From an uncultured Candidatus Saccharibacteria bacterium (lineage in GTDB: Bacteria; Patescibacteriota; Minisyncoccia; Phycocordibacterales; CAYSCM01), in the NCBI GenBank assembly GCA_964429815.1, contig CAYSCM010000001.1, forward strand, positions 160,001 through 224,000: a stretch of DNA of 64,000 bases, written 5' to 3'. Below, one piece after another: positions 60,886 through 64,000 of the stretch (positions are counted from its first letter, which is position 1; each line of letters opens with the position of its first letter). A program made the position numbers and the translations under genes. The notes under the pieces are model-generated. The model was given only the letters and a program-made list of their open reading frames with translations, was not told the DNA's origin and searched no databases.

Positions 60886-61417
60886 AAAAGTGTATGAGGG
60901 GTTTGCCTTCGGCTCGGTAGCCGATGAGGAACTTGCGCGGGTCGTCGCACATGTCGATGAAATCGTCAACTTCCTCACGCAAGCGCGAGGAAGTTGATTT
61001 GCCGAACGCCATCGCTTCCACCTGGCAGGAACCCTTCAGATACTCGACGAGCGGCACGAAGTCCCCATCCCCGGAGGCGATGATGATGGCGTCGAGCTTC
61101 GGAGCCATCTTGATGGCGTCGACCGCCATGCCCACGTCCCAGTCGGCCTTCTTGGCGCCACCGTAGAAAACCTGGAGGTCCTTTGTTTTCGTCTCGATGC
61201 CGATCTTGGTGAGCGCATCGAAAAACGCCTTCTCCTCCCCGCTCTCCGTGGTGACGACGTAGGCGACGGCGCGCACCAGAATGCGTCCGGCGAGCGCTTC
61301 TTTTAATACGTTTGCGAAATTGACCTTCGCTCGGTAGAGATTCTTGGCGGAGTGATAGAGATTCTGCGTGTCGATGAAAAGGCCGACCCGCTGCGCCTTA
61401 TGTTTAATGATAGCCAT
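60884..61417 (-). CDS. NYN-domain (LabA-like/PIN-like) protein
   Basis: Internal start MAIIKHKAQRVGLFIDTQNLY... and IIASGDGDFVPLVEYLK, typical of NYN/DUF88. Confidence 0.65.
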   Translation of the reverse strand: MAIIKHKAQRVGLFIDTQNLYHSAKNLYRAKVNFANVLKEALAGRILVRAVAYVVTTESGEEKAFFDALTKIGIETKTKDLQVFYGGAKKADWDVGMAVDAIKMAPKLDAIIIASGDGDFVPLVEYLKGSCQVEAMAFGKSTSSRLREEVDDFIDMCDDPRKFLIGYRAEGKPLIHF

Positions 61418-61529
61418 ATAAATTACTGACAAAACTGCTGTTAAAAAGTGCCTGCTGGCACGACTGCTGACGTTAAAAAACAAGAAAACCTACAAAAAGT
61501 ATACGCCCGAAGCGGCGAAAGGAGAAAAA

Positions 61530-61796
61530 CTACTTCTTAAGGTCGTGTTTCTTCAAGACCGCGTTGTAGAGACGCTTGTTGGTCTTCTCGAGGTAGCGAA
61601 GGTGTGCGCGGCGATCGGCCACCATCTGCAAAAGTCCGCGGCGGGAATGCTTATCCTTCCCATGCTTCCGGAGGTGGCTTGTAAGCTCGTCGATGCGTTT
61701 GGAGAGGAGCGCGACCTGAACCTCCGGGGAGCCGGTATCCGTGTCGTGACGCTTGGTTTCCTTGATTACGTTAGCTTTTTGTCGTTTCGTGAGCAT
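61530..61796 (-). CDS. rpsO: 30S ribosomal protein S15
   Basis: MLTKRQKANVIKETKRHDTDTGSPEVQVALLSKRIDELTSHL... Confidence 0.9.
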   Translation of the reverse strand: MLTKRQKANVIKETKRHDTDTGSPEVQVALLSKRIDELTSHLRKHGKDKHSRRGLLQMVADRRAHLRYLEKTNKRLYNAVLKKHDLKK

Positions 61797-61867
61797 AAAT
61801 GCAGAATATCACGCTTTTTTCACCTTTGCAAGACCCTCGAAAGAAAAGAGGGCTCACCGAGAGCCCT

Positions 61868-62050
61868 CTAAGCGGCACGTGGAAGCGGGATAACCTTGAT
61901 GTACTCGGCGCACCCCGGGGATTCGACCACAGTGGCGAGGCGGTGATTTGCCTCGCTGCAACCACAGTGCACACAGAGGCCTTCGCGCAGTCTCCGAGCA
62001 AGTTCGTCGAGGTATTCGGGCGACAGATCATAACCGCGGAGTTTCAGCAT
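61868..62050 (-). CDS. Small Cys-containing hypothetical protein (60 aa)
   Basis: GGAGG 6 nt upstream of the ATG at 62050. MLKLRGYDLSPEYLDELARRLREGLCVHCGCSEANHRLATVVESPGCAEY... Confidence 0.3.
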   Translation of the reverse strand: MLKLRGYDLSPEYLDELARRLREGLCVHCGCSEANHRLATVVESPGCAEYIKVIPLPRAA

Positions 62051-62220
62051 GGCCACCTCCCTCAATCCTATGTATAAGTGTAGCGCTTGGATCGTGAGCG
62101 CTCTAGATATTTGTGTGTAAAAGCAAGCGGCCCCCACCGGGTTGCTTGCAATATTTTGCATCAGATAAAAGAATTGTCAAGTATATTGTGCGACGTTTGC
62201 GTTAGCTGCACAATATCCCT

Positions 62221-63132
62221 ATGGCCGACCTTGAGACGCTCAAACGCCAGTTCCTCGAACACCTTGAGATAGAAAAGGGCCGCTCGCTCAAGACGATCGA
62301 AAATTACGATCGCTACCTCTCGCGCTTCCTCGATTTCACCAAAACGAAATCCCCCAAAAGCATCTCGGACGATTCGGTGCGAGAATTCCGGCTTTGGCTC
62401 AACCGCCAGCCAGGCGGCGGCAACGAGACGCTCAAGCGCAAGACGCAAAACTACTACCTCATCGCGCTTCGCGCGTTCCTCAAGTACTTGCGCAAGCGCG
62501 GCATTGAGTCCATCTCCCCGGAGCGCATCGAGCTTGCCAAAGTATCGCAGCGGGAACTCGATCTCATTTCAGGAAGCGAACTCGAGCGTTTGATGAAAGC
62601 ACCGGAAGAGAACACTCTCTCTTCCCTTCGCGATCGCGCCATCCTTGAGCTTCTTTTTTCGACCGGATTGCGGGTGTCAGAGCTCACCTCGCTCAATGCC
62701 GACATCGACTTGGGGAGCGACGAGCTTTCCGTGCGCGGCAAGGGCGAAAAAATACGCGTGGTGTTTCTCTCCCCCTCAGCCAAAGATGCCCTGAAAAAGT
62801 ACCTCGCGAAACGAAAGGACATGGACGAAGCGCTCTTCGTGCAGATGGGAAAAAACGCTAAAGGAGTGAGTGAACTTCGCCTCACCCCGCGCTCCGTCGA
62901 GCGGCTCGTGAAACGCTACGCGATAAAGGCCGGCATCACGCGCAAGGTGACCCCGCATGTCATCCGTCACTCCTTCGCCACCGACCTTCTTCATAATGGC
63001 GCGGACCTTCGAAGTGTGCAGGCGATGCTCGGGCACGCCAACATCGCGACGACGCAGGTCTACACACATGTTACCGACAAGCACCTACGAGACATTCACA
63101 AACATTTTCACGGGCGTAAGCGTCGCTCCTAA
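62221..63132 (+). CDS. xerC: Tyrosine site-specific recombinase XerC/XerD
   Basis: C-terminal HSFATDLLHNGADLRSVQAMLGHANIATTQVYTHV (R..H..R...Y catalytic region), 303 aa. Confidence 0.85.
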   Translation: MADLETLKRQFLEHLEIEKGRSLKTIENYDRYLSRFLDFTKTKSPKSISDDSVREFRLWLNRQPGGGNETLKRKTQNYYLIALRAFLKYLRKRGIESISPERIELAKVSQRELDLISGSELERLMKAPEENTLSSLRDRAILELLFSTGLRVSELTSLNADIDLGSDELSVRGKGEKIRVVFLSPSAKDALKKYLAKRKDMDEALFVQMGKNAKGVSELRLTPRSVERLVKRYAIKAGITRKVTPHVIRHSFATDLLHNGADLRSVQAMLGHANIATTQVYTHVTDKHLRDIHKHFHGRKRRS

Positions 63133-63209
63133 CAAAAAAACCGCGTGCCGGGGAGGGTTCCCAAAACACGCGGTGCGTCCAGTTACGGCAAGGGCGGACG
63201 CAAGTACCC

Positions 63210-63596
63210 CTACTCTATCACGCGATACGTCGGCCTCCCTTGTACGCGGGAGGGGTTGCGGACGGCTATCGTGCAGCGCGCCTTCACTGCGCCGCCTTTC
63301 TCCCAAAACGGCACGCGCTGCGATACCGCCTCGCCACGAGTGAGCGTTTGTCTAAGGAGCGGAAGTGGTCCTGTCCACATGCTGCGCGTGCCTTCCATAA
63401 CGATGCAGGTCTTGATCGATACCCTCACGGTATCGCTCGAGCCGTTTTCGAACACGAGGCGTGTCGTGCCAGAGAGCGTGCATACAAGGACGGTAATGCG
63501 GAGGTCAGTGCTCACCCCTGGTTGACAGCGCCACGAGGGCGATGCGACGGTCTGCTGCGAGAGGACGATAAGAGCGAGAATAGAGAGCGGGAACAT
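63210..63596 (-). CDS. Secreted hypothetical protein
   Basis: Signal peptide MFPLSILALIVLSQQTVASP. Several Cys. Confidence 0.35.
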   Translation of the reverse strand: MFPLSILALIVLSQQTVASPSWRCQPGVSTDLRITVLVCTLSGTTRLVFENGSSDTVRVSIKTCIVMEGTRSMWTGPLPLLRQTLTRGEAVSQRVPFWEKGGAVKARCTIAVRNPSRVQGRPTYRVIE

Positions 63597-63678
63597 ACAG
63601 CGCACGGGTACCTCCTTATGCGAACCGCTCCCACCTTACCATAGCGGCACCGTAAAAGAAGAAGCCCGCTTTCGCGGG

Positions 63679-64000
63679 CTACGTACAGGTCGGAAAGCGG
63701 CGCATTTTTTCAAGGATATGCTCCTCCCGCTCCCTGCTCTTGCCGAAAAGTTTGAGGTGCTTCTCGCTTGCGTGCAGCATCTGCTCACGGACGAGCGAGA
63801 GACGCACCATCTGGGCGAGGAGCTCTTCGAGCCCGAGGCCCTCGGGAAGGGGAACGGTCTTGTTGAGCTTCTCCAAATCGAGTCCGCGGTCGCGCGCAAG
63901 CATCCAAAAGAGGTGTGCCGCGGCGAGCATGCGGTCGGTCTCTCGCCGCTGCTCCTCGTAGTCTCTCGAGAGAAGAAACCACTCCTGGCGCTGGAAGCGA
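63679..64000 (-). CDS. Hypothetical protein, C-terminal part (gene starts beyond the right window edge); weak MazG-like resemblance
   Basis: Open frame continuous from position 64000: ...RFQRQEWFLLSRDYEEQRRETDRMLAAAHLFWMLARDRGLDLEKL... Confidence 0.3.
   Translation of the reverse strand, partial: RFQRQEWFLLSRDYEEQRRETDRMLAAAHLFWMLARDRGLDLEKLNKTVPLPEGLGLEELLAQMVRLSLVREQMLHASEKHLKLFGKSREREEHILEKMRRFPTCT

Noticed and set aside
1-64000. Searched for CRISPR arrays, rRNA genes, transposases/IS elements, phage structural genes and toxin-antitoxin pairs
   Set aside because: I saw no short regularly spaced direct repeats and no rRNA-like conserved stretches. There is no DDE/serine-recombinase transposase ORF and no capsid, terminase or portal-like proteins. 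The only recombinase is a housekeeping-type XerC/D near the right edge.

Overview
This 64 kb window is about 60% GC, and its gene content looks like a small-genome (possibly CPR-like) bacterium: many proteins are short versions (YebC about 176 aa, HolA-like 235 aa, Mur ligase lacking the N-domain). The core is housekeeping. The chromosomal origin neighbourhood is rpmH-rnpA-yidC-jag divergent from dnaA-dnaN, with an AT-rich dnaN/dnaA spacer carrying DnaA-box-like 9-mers. Other housekeeping genes are ruvA, ruvB, yebC-ruvC, polA, tsaE, NUDIX, holA-like, pcrA/uvrD, comM, xerC/D, tyrS, rpsT, rpsO, pnp, rsmA, a SpoU methyltransferase, a class A PBP, a Mur ligase, a LysM-M23 peptidase, a PilB/GspE ATPase, tRNA-Arg and tRNA-Lys. 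Three parts stand out.

1. The first ~5.2 kb is a sharply AT-rich island ending at a tRNA-Arg. It carries a tightly packed five-gene minus-strand operon: an AMMECR1 / alpha-alpha-toroid fusion protein, a YcaO-domain protein, a small membrane-anchored Gly/Tyr/Ser-rich peptide ending in Cys residues, a membrane protein, and an FAD-linked oxidase cut by the window edge. I read this as a candidate undescribed YcaO-dependent peptide-modification (RiPP-like) system.

2. A ~17 kb minus-strand type IV secretion-like cluster runs from 30.2 to 47.4 kb: a VirB4 ATPase split into two ORFs, a PrgI/VirB3-like protein, a VirB6/TrbL-like protein, a Cys-rich pilin-like protein, and many large secreted proteins including a 998-aa lipase-like protein. 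I see no relaxase, coupling protein or VirB11.

3. A ~970 bp unit at 10.7-12.7 kb is tandemly duplicated. Each copy has a polytopic membrane-protein gene, a divergently transcribed 35-38 aa single-TM peptide gene, and terminators. The second membrane-protein copy is frameshifted.

I also note a 38-bp perfect palindrome present twice with compensating substitutions, a 15-bp direct repeat of the tRNA-Arg 3' end, several small unlisted ORFs, and anomalies in the M23 peptidase start. I see no CRISPR array, rRNA, transposase or phage genes.
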